NCBI RefSeq assembly: GCF_009914755.1
Contig: NC_060927.1
Source: the human T2T-CHM13v2.0 reference genome, Homo sapiens
Direction: 5' to 3' (one strand)
DNA: 64,000 nucleotides
The position numbers and the translations under genes were made by a program. Each line of letters opens with the position of its first letter. Within the stretch, counting starts at the first letter, position 1. Shown one piece after another: positions 12,600 to 24,980 of this stretch. The notes below the pieces were generated by a model. It did not search any database and had not been told where the DNA came from. It worked only from the letters and a program-made list of their open reading frames with translations.

Positions 12600-13020
12600 A
12601 AAAAAAGCAATTCTTAGTTCTAGCTCCCCAGCTACCAGCTGAGGACCTCTGGCCTCATTTTTCTTATTTTCAAAATGGAGACTATAGTCACCCCTCACTC
12701 CCTGAAGTGGTTGTGAGGACCAAGTGTGATAAAGCATGAGAACCCCTTACAAAGCATAAGGGAGCATACAAATTTGAACTAGAATGAGCATATGGATCAT
12801 TTAGCTAGCATCTACTAAGTACCAGGTATCGTTTTGGGCACATTCTATACTTAACCAACTTCAAGTCTCTCAAAAACTTGGTAAAGTGGACGTTATCAGC
12901 CTCATTTCACAGCTGAGAGTAAGTCGTTAAAAGTTTCCAATTGGCAGGATCAGAATTTGAACACATAACTGCGAATACGTAGAGCGGTTATGTAGTCTTC
13001 AATGTACCACACTGCCTTCT
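12600..13020. mobile_element. Two MIR fragments (12600-12750 plus; 12800-13020 minus)
   Basis: MIR core 'ggcctcattttcttattttcaaaatggag...ggttgtgaggac' and antisense 'ctcatttcacagctgagag...caggatcagaatttgaac'. Confidence 0.7.
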
Positions 13021-14685
13021 ACTTTCTCAGTTAAGCCCTGGAGTGGCCAAGAGGCTGCAGACTGAATGTCTTCATCAGCTCCTCCCTTTCATGCTGAGTA
13101 GCCACTTGCAGTCGCCACCACTATTTTTCTATCAATTAGAATTTGTTAAGAGTGTACGGTGCTCGAAGACTTGTGAGAGAATAATCATTAAGACATAATA
13201 TTGTCCTCAAGAAAGGTTGACTATTTCTGGAAGGTAAAACTAATGCCTCTCTGGTAGTACAAAACAGTCTACCTAGTTTACCCTGACACATCCTGAGGCT
13301 GAGACCTTCAAGTGAAAAGGTCCAGCAGGCAGGTGGCAATTTGCATCTGAAGCTCTGCATTTTTGGAATCATCAGCATACAAGTAATATTTGAAATCAGT
13401 TGTACAAGCATTGATCCAGCAATCAATTCCACTTTGACTTCCAAATTCCACAGCAACTCTGGAGAAGTACAAAGGGAGCAATAAACTTAGCCTCAAATAA
13501 TTGTTTATTTTCAGTTACCAGGAGAGAAATACCATATAATTTGTCTTCCTTTTTCTCATGTCTGTTTCCACAAACATCTCACCCCATCTTTCTCAAAGAC
13601 AAGATCTACCCTAAGTATGTAAATGCAAGAAAACCAATTTTCCCTCTGTCTTTAAAATTATAAATAAATAAATATGAGCATAATGGATCTAAAATATGGT
13701 GTGTGGAACCTTCAAAGCCATGAAAAGCTACATTATTAAGAACCATGTGGCATATATTTAGCCCTACCCAACTAGTAGTAGCATACAAATCAACCCTCAA
13801 AGTATCCATTTGCTATCCAAATGCAGTTGGTCGAATCCTGGAAGGCATTTTCGTAATAATGGTTTTCTATATGCCTGCTCTCTACCAGAAATTATGGGTT
13901 CCATAAAAAGTAATAGCAGTATGATTTTAGTTAAGAACCAATTTACATTCTGCATTTCTGTTCAATAGTCTGGTTGATTGAGGCCCTTTGGGAACAACTC
14001 TCATCCTATGGTACTGAAGCTCATTAAATAAAACCATGAATTGTTTAAAATAGCTACACACTTAGTTTACAAGTTCCTTAAATATTATTTACTTTTCTCT
14101 TTGGCTTAAAATATCAAGCAGAAAAACTATAGATATATCGTGACTGAATTTTACACATATGAGGAAGAAATCATCTTAGTTGGAAATAGCAACCTAGTCT
14201 ATGCTTGGGAAAAGAAGATGGCATAATTGCTTCAGAAATTGGAAATAGAACAAGAGTAGCCACTAAATCTACTATTGATGAACCAGGAACATTTAGATAA
14301 AATTCATTGAGGCACTACCTAACTAGGCAAAAGGAAGAAACAAGGTGATTAACTGGTTTTAGAGCTGTAAGCAGCTGCAAACGCCTCGCTGTTATTCATC
14401 TCCAACATCTGTTATTCAAAAATCCTGTCGACTTTCCCATATTGTACTAGGTCATTCCTTATCAACTTACCATCGTTTCAACACTTCCTGAGCATCCTCT
14501 GAATTTCAGAAGAGAAGCTGAAAACTACACTTCCCCATAATCCCTTTCCCCATAAGTTTCCTGATTAGACTTTGTCAATGAAAGGCGCTTGTGTGAGATT
14601 TGCATGCAGATTCATAGGTAAACACAAACGTTGAAGTAGCTCTTGGATGGGTGTACTGGAGACCCCCTGTACTTATGCTATAGCC

Positions 14686-14859
14686 CTGTGGTTCTCTAGC
14701 TAGTGTGCATCAATATACCCCCCAAAGACTTGTTAAAATACAGATTGGCCGGCTCTATGACCAGGGTATGATTTGGGTTGTCTAAGGTGGAGTCTGAGAA
14801 AATGAATTTCTAACAAGTTAGCAGATGATACTGATGCAGCCACATATTGAGAACCACTT
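14686..14859. mobile_element. MER5A hAT-Charlie MITE nested in an ERVL-like LTR (~14450-15110)
   Basis: Termini ctgtggttctc ... gagaaccactt; 8-bp TSD ctatagcc/ctataggt. Confidence 0.85.
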
Positions 14860-15189
14860 CTATAGGTAGAGATACCTGTAGGAGATTCCCAGAGACTCAA
14901 GGAATCCACAGAAGCTTCCAGGTGAACTCTTGAGAGCCACTTGGATCAGAGCTGCAAGCTTGAGATCACAAGGTCTCCGTCATGATTTCTGTCCCCTGTC
15001 CCCCCATTTTCAGTGGTCATGTAAGCCTCAAATTTTCTTTACATAGAAATCTTCACATACCTAAGATAGAGAAGAGCTTCAGTTTTCCTAATATGCATCT
15101 CCTCAATCCACAGCCACTGCCCCAACTTATTGTCCTTTTCCTAACCCAACCATCCTCCAAACAATAGGATATTTCAATTCTCCTCTTAA

Positions 15190-15630
15190 AAACATTTATG
15201 CTGCCAAACTGGAAACAGCTCAAATGTCTATCAGTGGTACATGGGTAAACGAACTGTGGTACAATGAAGTAGTACTCAACAACAAAAATTACCGGTGCAT
15301 GCAACAACAGAGATTAATCTCAAGGATAATCGCTAAGTGACAAAAGCCAGACCCAAAAGACTACGTACTCTGTGGTTCCATTTGTTTGACAAAATAGAAA
15401 AGGCAAAACTATAAGGGTAGAAATAAAAATCAGTGTTGTCAGAAACCAGAATGAGAAAAGGAGACTGACCACAGTGAGGTACAAGAAATGATTTGCGAGA
15501 TCTATTCTACATTATAATTGTGATTACACAACTGTATATCTTTGTAAAAATGTTTGGAACTATACACCTCAAAAGAGAAAATTTTATAATATGTATACTA
15601 TACCTTAATAGACCTGACTTTAAAAAAAAA
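15190..15630 (+). mobile_element. L1ME/MB 3' end fragment
   Basis: 'ccaaactggaaacagctcaaatgtctatcagtgg...aaaagccagacccaaaagactacgtactctgtggttccatt...tataccttaatagacctgact'. Confidence 0.85.
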
Positions 15631-15686
15631 GATGGCTAATATCAATTTTGATCTTGAAGAAAGAAGAGTTAACAATAAAAATAAAA

Positions 15687-15998
15687 GGCCAGGCACAGTG
15701 GCTCATGCCTGTAATCCCAGCACTTTGGGAGGCCAAGGCGGGCAGATTACCTGAGGTCAGGAGTTCAAGACCAGCCTGGCCAACATGGTGAAACCCCGTC
15801 TCTACTAAAAATACAAAAATTAGCAGGGCATGGTGGTGCGCTGTAATCCCAGCTACTCAGGAAGCTGAGGCAGGAGAATTGCTTGAACCCCAGAGGCAGA
15901 GGTTGCAGTTAGCCAAGGTCGTGCCACTGCACTCCAGCCTGGGAAAGAGAGTGAGACTCCATCTCAAAAAAAAAAAAAAAGGAAAAAGAAAAAGAAAA
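15687..15998 (+). mobile_element. Full-length AluS
   Basis: Dimeric Alu with 'cctgaggtcaggagttcaagaccagcctggccaacatggtgaaacccc' and poly-A tail. Confidence 0.95.
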
Positions 15999-16369
15999 TC
16001 TATAGAAACCAAAACAGTGTTGGAAAGGGACAAAGAATAATCTAATCTGGCCATCTCATTTTATGTCTTCAGAGAAAAGGTAAGTAACTTGGTTAAAGTC
16101 ACAGGCTATGGCACTTTTTTCTTTTTCTGCCTCAAAGAATATGGGTGAGAGTTTGGTCCAGAAATGAAAACTCAGGCTCATGAAAGCATAGCATTCAACT
16201 CTTACTTATCTCATGAGCTGGCAGAATATTTTGGAATTATGGAAACCTGATTTCATTACAAACGTTCCAAAATTGTTCTGAAAAACATCAGCCATCAGAC
16301 CTGCACATTTAATGTATTTGGTTAGGAAATGCAGTTCCTGCTCTGTGATAAAGGCTTCTAATATTCACC

Positions 16370-16737
16370 CATGTCCAGTCATCCTTTCCCTTGGGGTGCA
16401 TGGAGGATTGTGCCCTTCATATGGGGAAGGCCATGTGTCTAATGCCAGCCAGTAGGCTATGAGGAGAAGTGGCATGTGTCACTTTCATGCTAGAGCACAG
16501 ATCTGATGGTGTGGGACATTCCAGCACTCCTTTCTTGCGGCAGTGATTAGCAAGAAGGCTTCAAGATGAAATGGAAGGCATTCTGGATTGTGGAAAATGG
16601 AGAACAACTGCTCTGAACAGTCATTTGAACAGCCAGAGGACTTGCATGAATATGAAATAAATTTGTACTGTCTTAGGCACTGAATCCTTGAAGCTGTTTG
16701 TTATAGCAGCGTGACGTAGTATATCCTAACTAACATA
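16370..16737 (+). mobile_element. MLT1-family MaLR LTR
   Basis: Ends 'gaaataaatttgtactgtcttaggcactga...gtttgttatagcagcgtgacgtagtatatcctaactaacata'. Confidence 0.7.
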
Positions 16738-17244
16738 CCCGTATTGACTCCTAAGTTTAATGTTAACTGAGAGAGGTCTTTAGCCTAATTAATTTTGTCT
16801 GGGGAGAGGATTATTCAATCCACAGGCCTTGTAAATTTTTCCATAAAGAGAGAACAACACTTGCCTGATAGGAAAGGCCATTTGTTAAATGAGAATCATC
16901 CAGCCTCACCTTTGTTTCACTGCAGCCCAAATTGCCTCTCTGTTTCCATGGGGAAACTCTGCTTTGTAAAGAGACAATGCATATCAGTTCCCTAATCTCG
17001 AACATCACCAGTAATACTCGTTATTATACTAGCACTTGGCAATGGCTGTATTGAGTGCGTGTTCTCTGGGAAGCCTGAGTCAATCTTCTCTTCCTTTGCA
17101 TTTTAAGGGTGTTCAACTAGAGAATAAGGTTCAGTAGCCAATCAGTTTCTGTGAAAGAGGGCTTAAGAGGTGACCATCTGTTTAGAAGGGATGCTTCAAT
17201 TGTGTAGAACTTTACATACATTGAGAGAATTTTTGTTGTCCCTA

Positions 17245-17430
17245 TCTGGAATGCCCAATAGATATTCTACAAGGATTCAAATGTTCTATATTTGTGCTAT
17301 CTACATGAGACTATTGAGCACAAGAAATGTGGCTAGTGTGAGTAAGGAATACTCACACTAGCCACATTTGATTTTATTTAAGCATAATAGCCATACAAGA
17401 CTAGTGGCTGCCATATTGGACTCTGTAGGT
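17245..17430. mobile_element. MER3 hAT MITE containing an extra inverted copy (hairpin)
   Basis: 'aaatgttctatatttgtgctatc...attgagcacaagaaatgtggctagtg...ctagtggctgccatattggac' matches MER3. Confidence 0.8.
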
Positions 17431-17684
17431 CTGTAGCAATGAATGGGATTAATGAAAATTTCCATCCTTGACATGATCACTGGTGAGATAGAAACTTTTC
17501 CAAAATAGCCACAGTCTTTAATTAAGCCATAATAAAAATATAATAGTTCCCCAAATTTTCTAAATTATTGCAATGGTGAAATCTAGCACAATTACTCTTC
17601 TAACACTTTTGTATAATGTTCTTGTTACTGGGGGGAGATGAGGGGAGCAGGATAAAAACCAGTGAATCTAACCAAATAGTTCCT

Positions 17685-18050
17685 TGTTATATCAGTCAGG
17701 ATAAGCTGGGTTATGCTGTGATAACAAACAACCCCCAAATATCAGAGGGTTTACATCAGAAGTTTTGTATTCATTCATGATACCTGTCCATTGCTGGTCT
17801 TCAGGTAGGCTGTGCTCGCTGCCTCTGCTCTAGCTATGTGGTACCACAATGGCTAAGCCAGTGGGACGAGGACACGGCAAATTACATATTGCTTCTTCAA
17901 CCTTCCCTCATATGACATGTCAAGCTTCATTGGTCAAATTAAGCCACATGGCCACATCTAACTTAAAATGATATGGCAAAATATAATCCTACCCTGTATC
18001 GATAAAGAATAGACTCCAAAGTATCCAGTGAACAGCTAAATATGATTATC
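17685..18050 (-). mobile_element. Old MaLR/ERVL LTR fragment
   Basis: 'atcagtcaggataagctgggttatgctgtgataacaaacaacccccaaatatcag...cacatggccacatctaactt'. Confidence 0.65.
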
Positions 18051-18169
18051 ACAGTTGGTTTTACCCATTTCTGCTATGTCTACTTTATAATATCTTATAT
18101 AGTCATCTCCCTTAATATTTACTGATGTATAGCAGTTCATTGCCTAAAAATTTCAAACAATTAAAGGAA

Positions 18170-18420
18170 AAGGAGTAGAATTCATTGAACACTTGCGATA
18201 TTCCAGGTGCCATGCTGAGTACATTTGTATATGTTATCTTGAATCCTTCTTCTTATGAAATAGATACTTTTACAATTATTTTACAAAAGACAAAGCTGAG
18301 ACTCATAAGGTTTTCTTTTCCTAAGGTTTTTCCTAAGGCTGCACAAAGAGTAACGGGCAGAGAAGAAATGGATTCGAACCCAGATCCAAAGTCTGGTCTC
18401 TTTCCACTAAGGTGCATTAC
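18170..18420 (-). mobile_element. MIR
   Basis: 'cattgaacacttgcgatattccagg...attttacaaaagacaaagctgagactca...ggattcgaacccag'. Confidence 0.8.
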
Positions 18421-20133
18421 CTGCCCTGCCAACAACAGTAAAGAATCAGCATTGCCATGGAACTCTTATTAAAAGAAAAACGTTTGCTCTATGTCATAGC
18501 TATGCATATTTAATTCATCAACTCGATGGATTTGTGTATTAAGTGGCTTTTATATGTCCCCAAATTTTAGCGGTCATGAAGCTCCATACACACAAAAAAA
18601 GTAAAATTATCATTTTTGAAACCCCTCTCAAGGCTGCTAGATAATAAAATACTGGCCCATATTCCCAGCTGACAGGATGCTGCACCAGGACAAAGATGAC
18701 AAAGATGACATACACACAGGAACTCTGATCCAGAGTGTGATTTTGTCGCAGGTGGTACGAGAGCAAGTGAGGAAATTCAACACTGCCAGACACAAATCTC
18801 AAATCTCATGCCTGGCAAAATATTCCCACTTCCCCTCTCAGTCTTCATCAGCCTGCTCATTCAAGGCATCAGTATTCCTGTCAGACATGCCATCAAATGA
18901 TTCAGCGGCAGCATGCCTCCCATTTTCTGGTATAAAATTTTATTTAGAGAGTGACATACATTTTGACATTTGAGATTTTTTAGTGAAATTTGAAACACAA
19001 AGGCGGAGAATTGCTGCTAGCGACTGAAGTACAAGCATTTACCTCTGGTTCGATAATAAGATCTCATCGAGAAATATGGACAGCTAGTGTCCTAATGGAA
19101 AATTTTGTCTGCATTTTTAATATTTCTGCCAAAAAGTTTGATAGCTGAAGCTGATGCATTTTCCACAAATAATTTTTTATCCAGCAAAAGTTCTGCAATG
19201 CCGGGTAATTGAGGAATGATTAATTGAACCCTTACTCCTGATTCCTGTAAATCAGAGTCTCGCTGAAAGGGTGTGCAAGGCTGGGCCCTGCTCAGGGATT
19301 TCCTGCTGAGGAGGTCAGGGACATAGACCCCTGTCATCCTCCCCTCACCCCAGCATGGGTGCAGGGCTGCAGGAGGAGAAGAGGGCTACATCTTCTAACA
19401 CGCGCAAAGAAGACAGGGTCCTGATGGAAGCCCTTTCATAAAACAACCTTGAAACTCTGCCTTCCAGTTCATCCAGCTCATCTTGCCCTCCCTCTCCTAT
19501 TTCCTCTCCCTCTTTTATTCCTGTTCTCTCTGCTCTGAGCCAGTCTTCACTTTTCTGCTCATTCCGTCACAGTCCAGGGTTTTTCATAACAGGCTTGTAT
19601 ATGACATTCCAGAAGAAAAATGCTGAGGTTTTGTTTTTGGTACCACTGGCTCCCTTAAGCTGAGCCCCAGTGGTCTCTGTGATCCATCTTGGCCCCTTGC
19701 CTTTAGAGGCCCATTGCCTTGGAGCACCTATCTCAGCTCTGGTTCCCCGAGAGATCTTGGAGAACCTAGAAAGTGATGGACACATACATTACATTCTGCT
19801 GTGGTCCACTGGCATCTCCTAAGGGACTCCGTCTTTCTCAAAAGGCTTTTTCTGGGGGGGGTGCGGTGGGGGGAGAGTAAAAAGTTAGTAGCCAAAGAAA
19901 ATTAATTACCCTCTACCTGAGAGGTTTTTTTTTGTTTGTGTGGCTTTTTTGTTGTTGTTGTTGTCGTTTTCTCATCGGGAGCATAAAACACTAAGAGGAT
20001 TGCAAAAGGGTAATGTGGAGGACCTCTGGGGAAGAATGTTCTGCATCTTGATTTTGGTGGTGCTTACACAATTCTTCGCATTTGTCCAAACTCATAAAAC
20101 TGTGCACAGGAAACAGTGTCATTTGTAAACTTA

Positions 20134-20322
<189 letters not shown>

Positions 20323-21594
20323 TAAAGAAATCTTGAAAGATACCAGTGCTTGCATGACTAGCAGGAGAGTAGAGGGGAACCCTGAGATTACCGGAAGAGA
20401 AAAATCCCCATGGAGGAGCAGGGAGAAGTACAACCAGTCTCCACTTCTGGGGTAGTGAAGGAGAAAGGCAGTGATGGGGAGTTTCCAGGTGCTGAGATTC
20501 AACCCAATGCAACTTGCTACCTGGCTAAGCCATCTATGACTTCCACATCCTGAAGTCCTCAGACTTTCCTTTTACTCCTCTCCCAAACTCAGTACTCCTG
20601 GGGCATTTCCCCCAGATTGTGGGAGCCACCAGCAGAGACAAGATCTGGGGAAATACTGGTGTCAGAGCAGCCCAGGGAAGGGAGAAGCATTCCTGAAATC
20701 AAAGGTTGAAATTCTCCTTATACGTTTTCCATAAAAATGTGGATGTTTTTGGCTCAAATAAGAATAACAAGAATAATTGAAGAGTAGGCACAATTGTAAT
20801 TGCTTGAGCAGTTACTGTGGGCCAGACATGGCTTTATCTTCCCTAATAACCCCATGAAGGAGGCATTTTCATTTTTATTTGACAGATGAACAAACTGAGG
20901 CATAGATAAGATCCCAAAGTTAGTAAGTGACAGCTAGAAGGAAACCCAAGTACACTGAGAATTATATAAACCTAGTGTAGTTTATATACAGTCTTACATT
21001 CTATTTTCCAGGGGGCTTATGTGTTGAATGGGCATTCATGGGCTATTCTGGGCAACTAATTCACACCTAATGGTGCTTCTGTGGGGAAAGGGATTCTGTT
21101 TTCCAGCAATCAATGAGCACAGGCAATGGAGGCCTGTCGTGGGTTGGGAATGATCCTGTAATCTGAACAAAATCATTTTATGTGCCTACACAGGTTTTTC
21201 AGTGCTCAAAGGCTTTAAGTAGAATGTTATATTTGAGATCAGCTAGATACAACTTTATTTCTTTTATAAGGATTCAGAAGGCATTTCAGAAATTTGCAAA
21301 ACCTCAGAAATAGAATTGTAAAGCACAACCCTCCCCCAAACAGTAAGATTCGTAACACCACTGTGCAGAGACCTGTGATTGGCAGGAGTCAGTTAGTATT
21401 CAGTTCTACAACTGAGGAAACAGAGGCTTGGCATATGGTAAAGTAACTTAGCTCTCAGTTTCACAGACATCACATGGCAGGTCCCGGATTCAAATACAAT
21501 TCTGTATGACGCCAAAACTCTTGCTCTTTTTATAACTCCATACTGTTTTGCAAAAATGAAGTTATATCAACAATGATCCCTATATCTAAAAACA

Positions 21595-21785
21595 TGAAAA
21601 CTAAATTTAAAGATATATTTTAAATATATTTTAATAGCTAAAAATATGTGCTTATATATATTTTAATAGCTAAAATATATAAAAATAATTTTATAGCTAA
21701 TATATCTTATGTTTTCAATAGCTATATATTTATATAAATATATATATATTTAGCTATTAAAACATATCTTTAAATTTAGTTTTCA
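21595..21785. repeat. AT-rich inverted repeat (29-bp arms, 1 mismatch) with internal TTTTAATAGCTA units
   Basis: 21595-21623 is the reverse complement of 21757-21785 at 28/29 positions. Confidence 0.9.
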
Positions 21786-22399
21786 CATGCTGGTAAAGAG
21801 TGAAAAAGAAATTAAGCTCTTAAATTCATCTTCCAGGCCTTATGCCAAAATACTTAGACTACGTCTGTGTTAGTTCTCTTGGTCTCACTGTTATTGAGGA
21901 AGAATCCTCCTCCCTGGGGTTTCCATGGCCTGGAAACTTCAGAAGGAAATCAGCAGTGCTGATATAAAAATTAAAATTATTTTTCCTGCTCCTGATTGAA
22001 AAAGAAGATAAGTCGATAACCTTAGAGATCTAAGAACAGCCTCTGCAGACATTAGCTGATGGCAAACAGTGGGTGTTTGATAAACAATAATACAATTTTA
22101 ATATTATAACAGCTAATATATCTCAATCTAGTTCTATACCAGGCACTTTTCTAAGTGTCATTCATTCATAACTCATTTGGTTCTCATTTGGATCCCTAGG
22201 CAGTGGATCCTTTCATTACCTCCACTTAATGGATGCGGAAACCAAGTCACAGAAAAAATGGAATAATTTGTTAAAGGTAATCTGGTTTGAAAGTAAAGGT
22301 AATTTTAGCTGATAATTGAATTAGTCTCGAGAATGGGGACTTGGAAGAAGTTAAAGGAATACTGATTAATGGCATTACTCATATTCCTCCTTTTATGTG

Positions 22400-22545
22400 A
22401 TTCTATTATGCATATATACATCATATGCATTAATATATTATAAATTACATATATGAAATATAATATACATTATATATAATTATATATATACATCAACTTA
22501 CATATATATAATCTAATATCAGTATATAATATAGTAATATATAAC
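22400..22545. repeat. AT-rich (TA)n low-complexity tract
   Basis: Direct inspection. Confidence 0.8.
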
Positions 22546-22617
22546 AGTGGTAAGAAAATTGTACCCATGGAAAATCTGACATATCTGTGGAATCTCTGCA
22601 GAAACATGGAACTCTAA

Positions 22618-23260
22618 GTCAGGCTGGCAAACACACAGCCCGATCTCCTATCCAATATCCATGACAGACATTGCTAACTGTGAAAGGAAAATAAATCTTG
22701 GGGCCCCAAAATCACTAAGCTAAAGGGAAAAGTCAAGCTGGGAACTGCTTAGGGCAAACCTGCCTCCCATTCTATTCAAAGTCATCCCTTCTGCTCACTG
22801 AGATAAATGCGTATCTGATTGCCTCCTTCAGAAAATCTAAACAGAAACTCAAAAGAATGCAACCATCTGTCTCTTATCTATCTTATGACCTGGAAGCCCC
22901 CTCCTCACTTTGAGTTGTCCTGCCTTTGCTTCAAGATGTCCCACCTTTCCCGAACAACTAATGTTCATCTTACATATATTGACTGATATCTCGTGTCTCC
23001 CTAAAATGTATAAAACCAAGTTGTGCTAGGACCACCTTGGGCACGTGTCATCAGGGGCCTTCTGAGGCTGTGTTACCGGCATGCATCCTTAACTCTGGCA
23101 AAATAAACTTCCTAAATTGACTGAGACCTGCCTCAGGTATTCGGGGTTCACATAACCATCTCTGCATTCTTTTTCACTGAGGCCAAAAAGGAACTCAGAA
23201 TTCTTAAAATACTTCTTCAGGCATCCACAACCAATGGAGCAGAGCCACCTTGGCAAGTTC
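22618..23260. mobile_element. MER102-like hAT element split by an LTR
   Basis: 'ccatgacagacattgctaac' resumes after the LTR as 'catc...ctcagaattcttaaaatacttcttcaggcatccacaaccaat'. Confidence 0.6.
22679..23152 (+). mobile_element. MER4A/MER4A1-type ERV1 solo LTR, complete
   Basis: Starts TGTGAAAGGAAAATAAATCTTGGGGCCCC, ends GGGGTTCACA, has AATAAA; perfect 4-bp TSD TAAC (22675-22678, 23153-23156). Confidence 0.9.
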
Positions 23261-23847
23261 AAGTCTAGGCAGCTGAGTCAGGACCACAGCCCAGTGTAGT
23301 GCTGCAGAGCCTGAACCCCAAGAGGTTCCTTGTCACCACTCTGCCATGTGGGTAGAGCAATGGGCCCCTCAACAGTGAGGAGACAGGAGAGCTTGATCCA
23401 GGAGAGAGGCAACCCCAGGGGGACCCACTTCTTCTTTCCCCCACCAAGATTCCCAGTGAAGAACATGGTTAAAAATTTTCTGTGAAATTTACATTCTTGA
23501 ATATCAGGCACTTCCACTTGAGCGGCATGTGAAAGCGAGTCAAAGTTTCATCTCAAGTTAATTTAATTAGTTCAAGAGGTGCTCTTTAAGGAGAAGCTAA
23601 TTGGGATACTCAATATACAGAAACTCAAAAGAACACTCAGAATCTTTCCTTTAGGGATTTCCTCCTTTTACACTTAAAAAAAAAAAAATGTAGGCAGTGT
23701 CGTAGAGCCGCTTGCTGGCAACCTATTTGTGGCCAACGCTTGTGACTGAAGCTGAACATGCAGAAGCAGAAGCGAGGCTGTGGAAGTAGGAAGAGTTTCA
23801 CGTCCAACTCTAGGAGTGCAAGCCTGTCCCTTGTCAGCCAGGATTAT

Positions 23848-23861
23848 GCGCCATCTGGAGG
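23848..23861 (-). promoter_or_regulatory. Candidate CTCF binding site
   Basis: Minus strand reads CCTCCAGATGGCGC, close to the CTCF core consensus. Confidence 0.6.
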
Positions 23862-24046
23862 TGCTGTTCTCTCCAACAACATGTGTTACTCCACCACCAA
23901 GAATAGCTTTCTTTATTCAGCACCTACTTTGTACAAGGCACTTTCTCATAGTTTTCACCACTCTACAAATTAATTGTGATTGTTATGCTTATTTCGCAGA
24001 TAAAGAAACAGAGACTTATAGAAGTTTAATAATATACCCTAAGGAT

Positions 24047-24292
24047 GGCTGGGCACGGTGGCTCACACCTATAATCCTAGCACTCTGAGAGGCCAAGAGT
24101 TCGAGACCAGCCTAGCCAACATGGCAAAACCTTGTCTCTACTGAAGAAAAAAAAAAAAAGTGCACGCCTATAGTCCCAGCTACTCAGGAGGCTGAGGCAC
24201 AAGAATTGTTTGAACCCGGGAGGCAGAGATTACAGTGAGCCAAAATCGCACCACTGCACTCCAGCCTGGGTGACAGAGTGAGACTCAGTCTC
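24047..24292 (+). mobile_element. Alu with two internal deletions and tail converted to (AT)n
   Basis: Alu sequence missing ~24 bp of the left arm and ~16 bp after the linker. Confidence 0.9.
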
Positions 24293-24324
24293 GAATATAT
24301 ATATACCCACAGGGCACAAAGTTG

Positions 24325-24980
24325 GTTGTCTTGGTTTCCCCCTGCAGACAATACTGAGTTGAGAACTCAGGGGAGAGTGATTTATTATGAAGCATTTCCA
24401 GAAAAAGCCAGTAGCTATTGGAATAGGGATGTGGGACCCAGAAAAGAGGGAGACCGTGTAAGGGTGGGATATCAAATGAATATCCCTCCAATAGAAGGAG
24501 ATGTGGTTCAGTCCTACAGGGGAACTCTGGACACAGTGTGGGTCACACCTTGGAATGGGGGTGAAGGAAGCCAGGGTGTTTATATGTCATTGGTTAAGGG
24601 CTGCCCTTGGGAGATGTAAATTCTCAGGCACTTCCAGGCTTTCTGAGGAACTGGCAAAATGGGTCCAAAAACCTACGTGTCTCTTTTTGCCATAAAGAAC
24701 ATCAGTGGGTGCTGTTCTACACCACTGTTCTACACCCATTGTTCTACACTAATCTTTCAGATCCAGAGTTTTTATTCCCCACCTGCAGTGCTGCATAGGA
24801 ATTGCCCTTGACCAGAGGATTAGCCTTGTCCAAGGTTACTCCGCCTCCTAGAGGTAGTCGCGTCTCACGGCTGGCCAGTGTGGGAGTACAAAGCCTGCCC
24901 GCTCTGCCCCTGCTCCCCGCCAACCCCAGCCTCCTTTGCACAGCTATGAAGGGCTATTCCTGCTTCTGGAAGACAGTGTG
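24325..24980. mobile_element. Two ERVL LTR16-like fragments (approx. 24325-24640 minus; 24780-24980 plus)
   Basis: 'tgtcttggtttccccctgcagacaatactgag' and 'ggaattgcccttgaccagagg...gtgtgggagtacaaagcctgccc'. Confidence 0.5.

Noticed and set aside
16055-16090. Apparent 7-nt micro-exon (ttcag|agaaaag|gtaagt)
   Set aside because: Lies in a decayed MIR whose consensus supplies the ggtaagtaacttg motif; no other support.
19854-19873. G-quadruplex candidate (G8-tgcggt-G6)
   Set aside because: Lacks four well-separated G3 tracts; at best a weak two-tier structure.
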